Assembly: GCA_963809485.1 (NCBI GenBank)
Contig: CAWEJX010000020.1
Location: 96,001-160,000 of the forward strand
Direction of reading: 5' to 3'
Length of the DNA: 64,000 bases
Source: an uncultured Acidobacteriota bacterium
GTDB taxonomy: Bacteria; Acidobacteriota; UBA6911
Numbering within the stretch: position 1 is the stretch's first letter; every line of letters starts with the position of its first letter. This document shows, in pieces, positions 49,288 through 60,502 of this stretch. A program made the translations under genes and the position numbers. The notes beneath the pieces are model-generated. The model did not search any database, was not told the origin of the DNA, and saw nothing but the letters and a program-made list of their open reading frames with translations.

Positions 49288-49303
49288 GTCCCATATATGG
49301 GAC
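49288..49303. promoter_or_regulatory. Perfect 16-bp palindrome, probable antitoxin operator
   Basis: GTCCCATATATGGGAC, just after TTGAAA (49278) and 23 bp before the toxin ATG. Confidence 0.65.
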
Positions 49304-49326
49304 ACTAACATAGGAGTGTAGATAGG

Positions 49327-49674
49327 ATGGAGTGGATTCCCGTTCGCTTTTACGGCCTGGCGCGTGATGTGATTCACGGTTGGCCGCTGGAGGTTAAAAA
49401 GGAATTAGGATCAGTATTGACAAGACTTCAGAAAGGCGAATCCATTGGAATGCCTGATGTTCGGCCAATGCCCGATATCAGCCAGCAAGTTTCAGAGATA
49501 AGAATACCTGATAGGAGTGGAAATTACAGGGCGTTGTATGCGATCCGGACGGAATTTGGCATCTTGCTCTTTCACGCGTTCCAGAAGAAGAGCCGCAAAA
49601 CTTCCGAAAAGGAGAAGAAGACTGCACGAACTCGACTTGAAACATTTTTGAAGGAACTTAAGGAAGAACAATGA
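49327..49674 (+). CDS. RelE/HigB-like (Gp49/DUF891) toxin
   Basis: LQKG...D.RPM, EIRI..RSGNYR.LY, LFHAFQKKSRKT. Confidence 0.85.
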   Translation: MEWIPVRFYGLARDVIHGWPLEVKKELGSVLTRLQKGESIGMPDVRPMPDISQQVSEIRIPDRSGNYRALYAIRTEFGILLFHAFQKKSRKTSEKEKKTARTRLETFLKELKEEQ

Positions 49675-49976
49675 AACGGAAAAAAAGGGAAGGCGGCAAA
49701 TCCGTTACAGCGGAGACGCCGAACGATATAGGCCGGATACTGGGGCTTACTCCAGGGGATATCGCGCTGATGAAATACAAGGCAGAGCTATCGCATCTGG
49801 CCGTCAAGTCGATCCGGGAATCGGGACTTGCGCTCGGCGAAATTGTAAAAAGATCCGGGGTTGCTCGTTCGAAAGTGTCTGCCATAAAAAACGGGGCAAC
49901 TGTCTCTGTTTCTTGCGATCTGTTAGTGAAAATTATCGGTGCCACCGGCGTCGAAGTTCAACCCAATGCTGCCTAA
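49671..49976 (+). CDS. XRE-type HTH antitoxin (HigA-like)
   Basis: ATGA overlap with the toxin. HTH GEIVKRSGVARSKVSAIKNG..VS.DLL. Confidence 0.8.
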   Translation: MKRKKREGGKSVTAETPNDIGRILGLTPGDIALMKYKAELSHLAVKSIRESGLALGEIVKRSGVARSKVSAIKNGATVSVSCDLLVKIIGATGVEVQPNAA

Positions 49977-50101
49977 AGATCCCTCCGGGTCGCCTTATCG
50001 AACGAGAAAAAGGCTTCCCGGACCGCACACCAATAAAACCTGGGCACCCATCATTAGTACCAATAGATGATAGGTAGCTTAGGCTTAATTGGGGTTGGAT
50101 A

Positions 50102-50228
50102 GGCGGAGGCCAAAAGGAACTTGTCAAGACTCCCAAGGTGTATTCATTTGACAAGGGATTTGTGAGTTTCTTCAGGGGGGCGTATCAGGCTGGATGATTA
50201 TGGCCGACTCTGGGAACGTATGCTGGTC
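50102..50228 (+). pseudogene. Internal remnant of an AAA+ ATPase/DUF4143 gene
   Basis: GGGQKELVKTPKVYSFDKGFVSFFRG, then after a frameshift DYGRLWE. Matches the PKxYxxDxG...GxLxE pattern. Confidence 0.55.
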
Positions 50229-50302
50229 CGCGATCCGGATGGATGGCTCCGTAATTCAGTGTCTGGCCGCCCCAATCCGATTTGATGAAGGAGAAATTGA
50301 GG

Positions 50303-50920
50303 ATGAATCCTAAAAAGGTGGCGCCGGTTTATCAATTTAAAATTATATTGCGGGATACGGAACCCCCCGTTTGGAGGCTCATTCAGGTCCCATCGAGTTA
50401 TAGTTTTTGGGATTTGCATGTCGCTATCCAGGATGCCATGGGTTGGACGGATTCCCATCTACACATGTTTCGTGTCCCGTCCATAAATAAGCGGAAAGAG
50501 GTAAACATCGGGATTCCAGATGAGAACTTCGATGATGTCCAGATCTTGGCCGGATGGGAAATCCCCCTTTCCCGGCATTTCCGAGAACCCGGGGCCAAGG
50601 GAATCTATGAATATGATTTTGGGGATAGCTGGGAGCACGACGTTCTTCTTGAAGGAGTGCTCATTCCAGAGGCTGGGGCGAAATATCCGCGGTGCCTGGC
50701 GGGGGCAAATGCGTGTCCGCCTGAGGATTGCGGAGGGATTGGAGGATACTATGACCTTCTGGAAACCATTCGGGACCCGTCGCACGAAGAGTACGAAGAG
50801 TATCTGATTTGGCTAAAAAGCATGGTTCCTGGGAATGTCCCGTTTGACTCAACGAAATTCGCTCCGGAAGAAGTTCATTTCGATAACCCGAAGAAGAGAC
50901 TCAAATCCCTTCACATCTGA
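50303..50920 (+). CDS. Plasmid pRiA4b ORF-3 family protein
   Basis: PPVWRLIQVP, LHVAIQDAMGW.DSHLH.F, YEYDFGDSWEH, ACPPEDCGG..GY. Confidence 0.92.
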   Translation: MNPKKVAPVYQFKIILRDTEPPVWRLIQVPSSYSFWDLHVAIQDAMGWTDSHLHMFRVPSINKRKEVNIGIPDENFDDVQILAGWEIPLSRHFREPGAKGIYEYDFGDSWEHDVLLEGVLIPEAGAKYPRCLAGANACPPEDCGGIGGYYDLLETIRDPSHEEYEEYLIWLKSMVPGNVPFDSTKFAPEEVHFDNPKKRLKSLHI

Positions 50921-50961
50921 TGCGTACCGCAAAATGAATAGTTTCGCTCAGAGTTAGCGAA

Positions 50962-51006
50962 CTCATAATCCGAAGGTCGATGGTTCAAATCCATCCCCCG
51001 CAACCA
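50962..51006 (+). repeat. tRNA-fMet 3'-half fragment (att-like repeat)
   Basis: CTCATAATCCGAAGGTCGATGGTTCAAATCCATCCCCCGCAACCA. Starts at the anticodon loop and has no 5' half. Confidence 0.85.
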
Positions 51007-51106
51007 AGCAATCATATTCAGCCGCCGCAAGGAGGCTTTTTATTGCAGTCATGGTTTTGAGCTCGCTCTGTGTAATAATGCAGATCCAGCCGCGAGGATT
51101 TGCCAA

Positions 51107-52291
51107 ATGGAAGAGAATCCCGGTAAAAAGCAACTGCTGCTAGTCGTCTTGTCCATCGCAAGCCTGGTATTTGGTTCCAAGGCGATTGCTCCCGCTCTTG
51201 CCGATATCGCGAAAGCCTTCCCGGACAGGAGTCCCCAGACAATTCAGATGATTCTGGTTGTACCCTCCCTGCTGATCATGGTTTCTACCTTGATCTGCGG
51301 ACATCTCTCGCGCCACCTGGGGAAAAAGACCCTGGTGGTGATTGGAATGCTTCTCTTCGGAATCGGAGGAATCAGTCCCGCGTTTTTCGGCGACCTGGGT
51401 TTTCTGCTGGTGATGATGGGAGTATTTGGCGCGGGGAGCGGATTCCTGGTGCCGCTTTCTCAATCGCTGGTGGCGGACTATTTTGAGGGGCGCGAGAGAG
51501 AAGAATTCATGGGGTACCGGAGTTCGAATGCAGCCATCTTCGGAATGCTCTTTGCTTTGCTCGGCGGCTCTCTGTGCGCAATTCACTGGCGGCTCACATT
51601 CCTTTCGTTCCTGATAGTCGTCCCGATGCTGGCATTCGTTCTGTGGAAAATGCCGCAGCCTGTTATCAAGAGCACCGTTGCAAAAAATACCCTGGCCGCT
51701 TCATTGACCGGCAAGATGTGGTTTTACATTACCGGTTATTTTCTTTACAACGTTGTCGGAATCTCGGTCGCCACCAACGCCGCTTTTGTCATGTCGGGGT
51801 GCGGAATCGGCACACGAACCATAGGAATTATCATGACAATATCCTCCGGCGGGTCGATTCTAGCCGGATTACTGCTCGGCCGCGTCACAAAATTACTCGG
51901 GTTTCGAACGCTTGCGTTTGCGATGGCTTTTCTTGCCACCGGCTTTGTCCTTCTGAATTTTGTCGAGACACCCGCCACGTTTATTTTGGCCTCGGCCCTT
52001 TACGGTTTTGGATTCGGGATCTTTACCCCGACCATGGTGTTGAACATAATCGGCAGCGTCCCCAGGCACGCGACAACACTCGCTCTGTCGATCGCTTCCT
52101 GCGGGATGGGCGTGGGGCAATTCGCCTCGCCCGTGACATTTTCTTTCGTCAACGGGTTGTTTGGATTGCGGGGCCCGAGGGCTTCCTGGGTGGTGGCTGC
52201 CTTTTGCTTCACGGCAGCATTCCTGATCATCTTTGCGGCAACGGTCTTCTTTCCGAGAAAAGCCGCTGAGACTTCGGGCTTTCGAGGTTGA
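51107..52291 (+). CDS. MFS transporter
   Basis: IAPALADIA, GHLSRHLGKK, SLVADYFEG.ER, about 12 TM. Confidence 0.88.
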   Translation: MEENPGKKQLLLVVLSIASLVFGSKAIAPALADIAKAFPDRSPQTIQMILVVPSLLIMVSTLICGHLSRHLGKKTLVVIGMLLFGIGGISPAFFGDLGFLLVMMGVFGAGSGFLVPLSQSLVADYFEGREREEFMGYRSSNAAIFGMLFALLGGSLCAIHWRLTFLSFLIVVPMLAFVLWKMPQPVIKSTVAKNTLAASLTGKMWFYITGYFLYNVVGISVATNAAFVMSGCGIGTRTIGIIMTISSGGSILAGLLLGRVTKLLGFRTLAFAMAFLATGFVLLNFVETPATFILASALYGFGFGIFTPTMVLNIIGSVPRHATTLALSIASCGMGVGQFASPVTFSFVNGLFGLRGPRASWVVAAFCFTAAFLIIFAATVFFPRKAAETSGFRG

Positions 52292-52727
52292 ACCTCGAAA
52301 ACCCGAAAACCCTAAGACTCCCTAAATTTTTAAAGTTAACGGAGAATGCCTGCAGGAACAGAAGAGAGGTAGAGCCAGGAGCCCCACTTCTCATCAGGAG
52401 TGCCTCCTCGGCAAAAAGTATGCGTTTCTCGTACATGCCTGGAATACTCCTCAAAGGCAAGCTGGTTCCCCGAAAAGAGGGGCAGAGCGAGAGGCTCGGA
52501 TCCCGGAGCACTGCGGCTATGATGAGAGCTTTGCGCCTGTAAACCGGTCAGCCGTGCGATGCAGGATTCCCGAAATGCTGCTCCATTCTCAAAAGTGTTG
52601 AAAACCGCCTGGGTTGAAAAATATAGTGGGGCTACGCCACCGGCGAACAATAGCAGCACCCTATGGCCATTTTGGTAAATTAAATGTAATCTCGCATTTA
52701 TGAAACTTGGCTGGGACAGGAGGTCCT

Positions 52728-53871
52728 ATGAAATATAAGTCATCACGGAGAGAATTCCTGCAAGCAGGATTGGCAATGCCTGCCGCCGGGCTCATCTCTT
52801 CACACAGTTTGGAGGCGTTTTCTCAAGCACCTGCCGATGTTATCTATAGAACGCTGGGCAAGACAGGGCTGAAGGTCTCCGCTGTCGGGTACGGCCTGGG
52901 ATACGATCCCGAGCCCGACATCATTGCGCGCTGCATCGATTTGGGCATCAACTATTTCGATACATCGCTTGATTACGCGCAGGGAGGCAGCGAGCGGATC
53001 CTTGGCGCTGCCATTAAGGGTAAAAGGGACAAAGCTGTGATATCCACCAAAACTCCATCGAGAACCAAGGCGGATATATTGAAAAATATCGATGCCAGCC
53101 TGCAGAATCTCGGAACAGACTATGTGGACGTCTATCACCTGCATGCCCGGGACACACCGCAAAGAGCCCCCGAGGAAGCAATCGAGGCCTTGCAGATCCT
53201 CAAACAACAGGGAAAAGTCCGCGCGATTGGGTTCAGCTGTCATGATCCGAATAACATGGCGGACTACGCAATCAAGTGCAAGTTGGACGTCGTGCAGACC
53301 ACTTACAGCTATGCGATCGGGGCGCCCTTCAGGGATGCGGCAATAAAAAAACTCGATGAGGCCGGCATCGGCGTGATAGCAATGAAGGTGATTATAGGGT
53401 TAACCACGGCACCCAAAGGATAGGTCGCAAAAACCCAAGCTGAAAGCCGAGGAGACTCCTATTGCGGCACTCAGGTGGGTTCTCAGGAATCCGGCAATTG
53501 ACACAACGGTTCCGCATCACGGGAGCGTCAAAGAGGTTGAGATGAATGTCCGGGCGATGACAGGATCGTACGCTCCGGCCGACGAGAAGCTTTTGTACGT
53601 GCGTAATGAAGAGAACCGCCCCTATTACTGCCGCATGTGTTACCAATGCAACGGCCAGTGCCCAAGGGGTGTGCCTGTTACAGACGAGTTGCGTTTTCTG
53701 GCTTACCACGACTTCGGTCGCAGCCTCTATCAAGCGCGCCTGAGTTTCATGGACCTGCCCAGGAAAATCCGCGACGTGCGTTGCAGCGATTGCTCTTCCT
53801 GCGTCATTCAGTGCCCGAACGGAGTCATGGTCCGGGAGCGGCTGATCCGCGCGCAAGATCTTCTGGCGTAG
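52728..53871 (+). CDS. Aldo/keto reductase with Fe-S tail, paralog of 44857-45999, +1 frameshift at ~53415
   Basis: SRREFL, YRTLGKTGLKVS. Removing one base in CCCAAAGG (53412-53419) gives 380 aa, the same length as the paralog. Confidence 0.85.
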
Positions 53872-54162
53872 TTTTTGCGATGTCGTGATGGAAAGCTCCT
53901 GGTATTAAATCGAAGGCATGCAGGCAGACATATTGCATGTTATCTGCCGTCGAATATGGCGCATTAGCCTTCATCGCCGCCGAATCCAGCCAGAACGGCC
54001 GGTTTGAAGCCGGAATGGAATAGTTACAGCTTGAAATAGGACCGGGCCTCCCGCAGTCGGTGTGTTCTTAAATATACATGATTGCATTAGACTGAAGAGG
54101 CGAGCCGCTATTCGCCCGTACTCAGCGACCATCGCCAGATAACTTACAGTAAACACCCTATC

Positions 54163-57100
54163 ATGGACATTCGGATAAGGGGCGCGAACGAGCACAATCT
54201 CAAGCATGTGGACGTCAGGTTCGGGGACGGACTTACGGTGGTGACGGGTGTTTCGGGATCAGGGAAAACGTCGCTGGTTTTCGACACGCTCTACCACGAA
54301 TCGAACAGGCGCTTCCTCGATGTGTACCTTTACGGCAAAAGCCGGCAAAGACTCGTTCCCGCGCGCGTCGAATCGATCAGCGGCCTTGGGCCTGCAATAG
54401 CTGTGGGCCAAAATCTACTTAACCGCAATCCAGGTTCCACCCTGGCGACGGCATCGGGGCTTCACCCGTTTTTGCGCCTGCTCTATGCAAATTTTGGCGT
54501 GCGCCATTGCCTCAAATGCGGGAACCCTTTGAGAATATTTACCGAGGGCGAGATCGCCGAGCATTTGGTTTCGGCATCCAGGCACGGGCCGGTCGCCCTT
54601 TTCGCTCCGCTCATGAGTAACGCAGCCGGAAGCCATAAAACCCTTCTGTCCATTTTGGCCGGGACATTCGGCAAAGACAAATTGCTGGTTGACGGGAAAT
54701 CATGGAACCGGAAACCGGTCGACCCGCTGAAACTCCATTCCATAGAAATCAGCATGGGAATGGTCGACGGCAGGATGCCGGCAAAAACCATTCGGAAAGG
54801 GGTCCAGGAGATCGTTGCTTTGGGCGCCGGATCGGTTCTACTTCGCGGTCCGGAAGGCCCTGAAACGCTGTCCGTCACACAGCGCTGCAGCGTATGCGGG
54901 AGCGGCTTCAAGGAATTGAGCGCAAGTCACTTCAATCAATCCTGCCCTTTTTGCGAGGCCAAAGGGTGCGGCCAATGCGGCCATACAGGCATGCACCCGC
55001 AAGCCGCATCAGTCCGATGGGAAAAGATGAGATTGCCGCAACTCCTGGAGTTGTCGGCAGCAGCAGCCGGGGAATTGTTCGGAAGAGCCTCGCTTCCCTC
55101 AGCCGCTGACCGCCTACGTTCCGAGATTCTCAAGCGTATTGGCGCGCTCGAAAAGGTCGGGCTGGGATACCTTTCCCTTAACCGCACTGCGCCCTCACTA
55201 TCGCGCGGCGAGTCCCAGAGGGTGAGGCTTGCCATTTCACTGTGCGGCCGACTGGAGGACATGCTTCATGTGCTCGACGAACCCACCATAGGCCAGCATC
55301 CTGCAGATCTCGAGAGGTTCCTTCCGGCATTCCGCGAACTTGCGGGTCCCGTCATTTACGTTGAGCATGACAGGGCGGCGGCGGCGGCTGCGGATCATGC
55401 CATTGATATGGGACCTGAAGCCGGAAAGAACGGGGGCAACGTGATATTCAGCGGTTCGCCTGAAGAATTGTGGCGGGCCAATACACCCACCGGACGGTAC
55501 TTCAGCCTGCGCGAACAGGTGATGACGCCGAAGCCGAGGTCCGAGCCCGACAGATTCATGACAGTCCGAAAGGCGAACGCCCATAACCTGAGAAACATTG
55601 ATGTCCGCATACCTCTGAGCAGGCTCACCGTCATAACGGGCGTTTCAGGATCCGGGAAAAGCACCCTTGTTGAAGATGTAATCTTGCCGACATTGCTTGG
55701 AAATACTCCGGTCGGATGCAACTCCATCCAAGGTCCTGGCATGAAACCGGTCATGGTTGACCAGAGTCCCATCGGCAGAAATCCCCGATCGAATCCAGCC
55801 ACTTACACCGGGCTTTCGGACATCATTCGCGATATCTTTGCCGAGGCATCCGGACTATCCAAGTCGTATTTTTCCTTTAACCGTCCCGAAGGCGCGTGTG
55901 AAAACTGTGATGGGATAGGTGCGACAGAGATGCAGATGCGCTACCTGCCTTCAGTCTGGATTCCATGCGAGAAATGCAGCGGCCTGCAGTTCAACGAGCA
56001 GGCTCTGAACGCCACGATGAAGATGGGGGATAGGAATCTGTCCGTCGCTGAGCTATATAGCCTTCCCATTCAAGATGTGAGCGGATTGTTGTCTGAGACG
56101 TCCCTGTATTCCTCCTCATAAAAGGAAAGCAGACGGCATTCTGAAGGCCTTTACCGACCTCGGGCTTGGATACCTGCAGCTCGGCCAGCCTTCGACTACG
56201 CTCTCGGGAGGCGAGGCACAAAGGGTAAAGCTCACCAAATATCTCGGCAGGAACCATCTGGAGAACCATCTGCTTATTCTGGACGAACCGTCAACTGGCC
56301 TGCATCCCAGGGACCTCGACGGCTTGCTGATTGTGCTCGATCGTCTTGTGCGGAACGGCGCCACTATTTTGGTGGTCGAGCACAATACGGATTTCATCAG
56401 AGCTGCGGACTGGATTGTGGATCTGGGACCCGGGGCCGGCCCCATGGGAGGTATGCTGCTTTACGAAGGCCCTCCGGCCGGAATCTATAAGGTGAAATCA
56501 TCCCTTACCGGCAAGGCGCTAAAGCTTGAAAAAAGCATTCAGCCCCGCAAGCCGGATAAGATTGAAAAAGCTGCCGCGGGAATGATCCGCATCAGGAACG
56601 CAAGGGCGAACAACCTCAGGGGAGTGCACGTTGACATACCTAAAAATAAGTTGACCGTGGTCACCGGAGTATCCGGTTCAGGGAAATCCAGCCTGGTCGG
56701 AAACGTGCTGGAAGCCGAGGCTCGCCGGCGTTTTCTCGAGTCATTGTCCATGTACGAACGCCAGAGCGTAAGCGAGGGGCCGCAGGCTCCGGTAGACAGC
56801 ATATCGGGCCTTGGCGTTACCTTGAGTCTGAAACAGAGCCTTCCCCGGCCCATATCTGGAGCCAGATTTCCATGTACACACGCCGGAGCAGCGTGGGAGC
56901 GGTCACGGAACTGCGGCACCATCTCGCCAATGTACTTGCGTCGATGGGCGAGCGGAAATGCATGAAGTGCGGCTCCCCGATGGTAAAGAAGGAACAATGG
57001 GTATGCCATGAGTGCAAAGCAACGGCATCCATCGCAAAAGGCGATCATTTTACAGGCAGCCATTATTCAAGTTCCTGCGGCAAATGCAGTGGGATCGGAA

Positions 57101-59055
57101 GCCTGCAAGTGCCTCACCCTGAAAAATTGATCATACATCCGGACAAGCCGCTGGCTGGAGGAGCCATGTATTCGCCGGGATATTTTCCGGAAACATACCT
57201 TTGCCAGGATAACCCTATAATACCGGCGATCGGGCAGCATTACGGATTCGATCCGTTTACGGTTCCCTGGAATGAAATGCCTGAAGAAGCGAAGAACGCC
57301 TTCCTCTTCGGCGACGGCCATACCTATACGCTGAACTATTTAAGCAAATCCGCAAACATCAAGGGTCAGGAAAGAACAAGAGAACTGCAGTGGCATGGAT
57401 TCTATGGAAAGAATTTGGCGCTGGCTGACTGGGATTTTCACGGTACCTATACCAGCCAGACGCCGTGCCCTCAGTGCGAAGGAACCGGATATAAACCCGA
57501 ATATCTGGCCATGACTCTGGCAGGAAAAAATATCTTCGAGCTCAGCGAAATGCCGCTCGCGGAACTGGCTGAGCTTGTAAAACAGATTCCCAAACCTCGC
57601 CCGGGATTGCCTCTGGTGGAATCAAGCCTCTCGACTATTTCAAAGCGGCTTCGATTCCTGCGCCAGGTCGGCGTCGGCTATCTGAATATGAACCGCCCCG
57701 CAGGGACGCTGTCGGCAGGGGAAGCCCAAAGAATACAGCTTGCCAGCCTTCTGGGCAGCGGCCTTACCTCATTGACAATTTTGGCCGACGAGCCGTCCAG
57801 GGGCATGCATCCCTCGGAACTCGAGGCGCTGAGAGACGCGCTGTTCGAACTGCGCGACGCCAAAAATACCGTCATTGTTGTGGAACACGATATGCTGATG
57901 ATCCGCGCGGCTGATCATGTGATTGACCTGGGGCCCGGCGCAGGTGCGTTGGGCGGAACGGTTGTCGCAAAAGGCAGACCGGAGGACATCATTAAAGCAA
58001 AAAGCGTTACGGGCAGATGGCTCATGAAAACAAACGGCAAACGCCGGCAGCCGGAAAAAATGCGGGACAGGAGAAAGCCAAAAGCCTGGATGACGCTCAG
58101 GGGGGCCAGGGAAAACAATCTCAAGGAGGAAACCGTAAAGTTCCCAATGGGTGTATTAATGGGAGTTTGCGGCGTATCGGGGTCCGGGAAAAGCACTTTG
58201 CTTATAGATACTGTCGGCAGAACGCTTGTCAAAAAATATCAGACATCCTCTATCGCCCACGAACCGGTCAAATCCGGAGCCCACGATTCCATTGAGAACA
58301 AACCCTGCAATACCATAATCATTGACCAGACCAGGAGGGAAATCTGGAGTCCGGCCAAATTTCTTGGCCTGGATAGGCCGATGATGAGGATTTTTTCCGA
58401 AAGTGACGACGCGCAGGCGCTGGGCATGAAGGATCTGGAATCCGGCGCACGATGCTCATCCTGCTGCGGCTGGGGATATAAAAGGATCAAGATGGGATTT
58501 TTGCCGGATGAATATGTCGAATGCGAAGCGTGCAGGGCCTCTGGGTTCAGTCCCGAAGCCTGGGACATACAGGTCCACGGAGTGCCTCTGCCTCAAGTCA
58601 ACTCTATGACAATTGACGAGGTATACGAACAGTTCCGGGAAGAAAGAAACCTATCGAACTCTCTGAAGATTGTAAGGCAGGTAGGCTTAGGATACCTCGT
58701 GTGGAACCAGCCGGGTCAGGCTCTGTCCGGCGGAGAGGCACAGCGCCTCAAGATTGCAAAAGAGCTGCATAAAAGGGCCAATGACCCGACACTGTACATC
58801 CTGGACGAACCCACACTCGGGCTTCACATGGAGGATGTCAGCCGGCTGGTTCAGGTGCTCAACCTGCTGGTTGATGCCGGGCATACCGTTGCGGTGATAG
58901 AGCATCATCCCTATGTGCTGGCCGCGTGCGACTGGCTCATCGAGCTCGGGCCGGGCGGAGGGCCGGAAGGAGGCAGGGTGATTGCGCAAGGGCCTCCGGA
59001 AGCGGTAATGAATAAGAATACGCCTACAGCGCCCTATCTGAGGGAATTGCTTTGA
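54163..59055 (+). CDS. Tandem (double) UvrA-like ABC ATPase, ~1,630 aa, frameshifts at ~56102 and ~56845
   Basis: Four sets of GVSGSGK[TS], LS[RGA]GE.QR and DEP motifs with CxxC zinc modules. The reading frame is continuous after two shifts. Confidence 0.85.
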
Positions 59056-59060
59056 AAAAA

Positions 59061-59155
59061 GGAACAGCAGAATGTCGAATATTGAATTTCGAACCGCAGA
59101 AGTCTGCAGCAGCCCCGTCCTTCGAAATTCTTCATTTCAATATTCAACAGTTCGC
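59061..59155. repeat. Imperfect palindromic intergenic element
   Basis: GAATGTCGAATATTGAATTTCGAA...TTCGAAATTCTTCATTTCAATATTC. Confidence 0.45.
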
Positions 59156-59275
59156 TTTGGACTGTAAGCTTTTCTTCATGTGTCACCGGGTGCGTCACGG
59201 GCGCGTAAAGAACTGTTCATGTAAAAATACAATTTGGCACAGTTGACAAAATTTGTTTGTTGCAGGAGCCGACGA

Positions 59276-60322
59276 ATGGCCGTGTGGACGCCTCTTTTGC
59301 TTGCGGATCCATCGCCCTGTTTACGTTTGCTTGTGCTTCGCGAATTATTGGGCTGCGACCAATCCGACGATGAATTCAGGGAACTTCAGCTGCTCCGGAA
59401 AAAGGACCCGTGGGCGCTCAAATTCCTGGCCTTACAGAACAGGGACGGATCGTTCCGCAGAGGTGAAGACGCCACGAGCCGGCAGGGATCGATCCGCATG
59501 ACGGCCCAGGCGTTGGCAGGCCTGGGATACCTGGGGCTGGGACCGGATCATCCTGCAGTCACAAAAGGTGCGGAATTTCTCTTTTCTCAGCAGCAGGACG
59601 ACGGCTCATGGCCTCTCGGTGTGGAAGATGAACTAAAGGATCCGGATCAAAAAGAGAATATCAAATATCACGTGATACCGCTTCAAACGGCTTTGCCTCT
59701 GCTCGGCCTGGCCCGCGCCGGCTTGGCAACAGATCCGCGCTCGGAACGAGGCTATGACTGGCTCGAGAAAAAGTCTTTGCCTGAAGGAGGATGGCCCGCG
59801 GGAATGCATAACGACGCTTACATCGGGGCTGCCGGATACAGGCGCCTTGCGCATTCGAAATTCGGGTGCAGGACAAATACCACGGCAGCGGTCGGCGCTC
59901 TGGCTCTTCACCCCGCACGCTCGCGCAGCGACATCGCCAGAAGAGGGCTCGACCTGCTCCTGGCTCATGAATATCATCATGCGCACACGCTAGGCTTTGA
60001 AGTCGCAAGGACGATTGGGGCCGTGCCGGTGCGCGGGTTTGGCACACTCTATAAACGATACGACGTCGGGCAGATGCTGGATCTTTCGTGGCGCATGGGG
60101 GCGAACACGTCGGATGAACGCATAGCGGAGCAGGTGAAATTCGTCAAGGAACTGCAGGGGCCTTACGGTTTGTGGGGGTTTTCCTCCAATCCCGAAGCGT
60201 CACGCTGGATCACTTTCGATCTTCTGCGTTCCCTCTCGAGGCTTGACAGGGAAACCGGCTGGATCAGCATGCAACCGCGCACGCCATTCCAGCCGTATCC
60301 GAAAAAGATAAAGCGATATTGA
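59276..60322 (+). CDS. Prenyltransferase/squalene-oxidase repeat (alpha/alpha barrel) protein, function unknown
   Basis: QW-type repeats QNRDGSF, QQDDGSW, PEGGW and QGPYGLW. Confidence 0.7.
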   Translation: MAVWTPLLLADPSPCLRLLVLRELLGCDQSDDEFRELQLLRKKDPWALKFLALQNRDGSFRRGEDATSRQGSIRMTAQALAGLGYLGLGPDHPAVTKGAEFLFSQQQDDGSWPLGVEDELKDPDQKENIKYHVIPLQTALPLLGLARAGLATDPRSERGYDWLEKKSLPEGGWPAGMHNDAYIGAAGYRRLAHSKFGCRTNTTAAVGALALHPARSRSDIARRGLDLLLAHEYHHAHTLGFEVARTIGAVPVRGFGTLYKRYDVGQMLDLSWRMGANTSDERIAEQVKFVKELQGPYGLWGFSSNPEASRWITFDLLRSLSRLDRETGWISMQPRTPFQPYPKKIKRY

Positions 60323-60502
60323 ACTACTGCGGGCCTAAGCCGATGAGCCTTAATCGCGGCTGCCCTCAGCTGCCCACTGGGCAACGGCACAGTGAATGGC
60401 GGATTTCTATGCGACAGTTCTATCACACGGAATTATTGCTTACCCGGCATGTGGGATCCTGGCAGCTGAAAAAAGCCCTAGCCCATGCCATTCCGACATA
60501 AT

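Larger units (their letters stand above)
48610..51006. mobile_element. Degenerate genomic islet integrated in tRNA-fMet (no integrase)
   Basis: Bounded by the tRNA and a tRNA 3'-half repeat at 50962-51006. Visibly more AT-rich, with a TA pair and gene remnants. Confidence 0.75.

Noticed and set aside
50962-51006. Second tRNA-Met gene
   Set aside because: No 5' acceptor strand or D arm. It is only a 3' half.
53412-53423. Programmed frameshift at CCCAAAG or pyrrolysine readthrough of TAG
   Set aside because: The heptamer is not in X-XXY-YYZ phase and the required shift is +1. Homology continues in another frame, so readthrough cannot restore it. The paralog is uninterrupted.
56101-56121. Genuine stop ending a stand-alone 652 aa UvrA
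   Set aside because: The second ABC module's signature and Walker B lie just downstream in the +1 frame with no start codon.
60325-60370. c-di-GMP-I riboswitch-like GGCCTAAG...GGCTGCC
   Set aside because: No P1/P2 GGCAAA..GAAA..GCAAA elements, and it lies between convergent gene ends.
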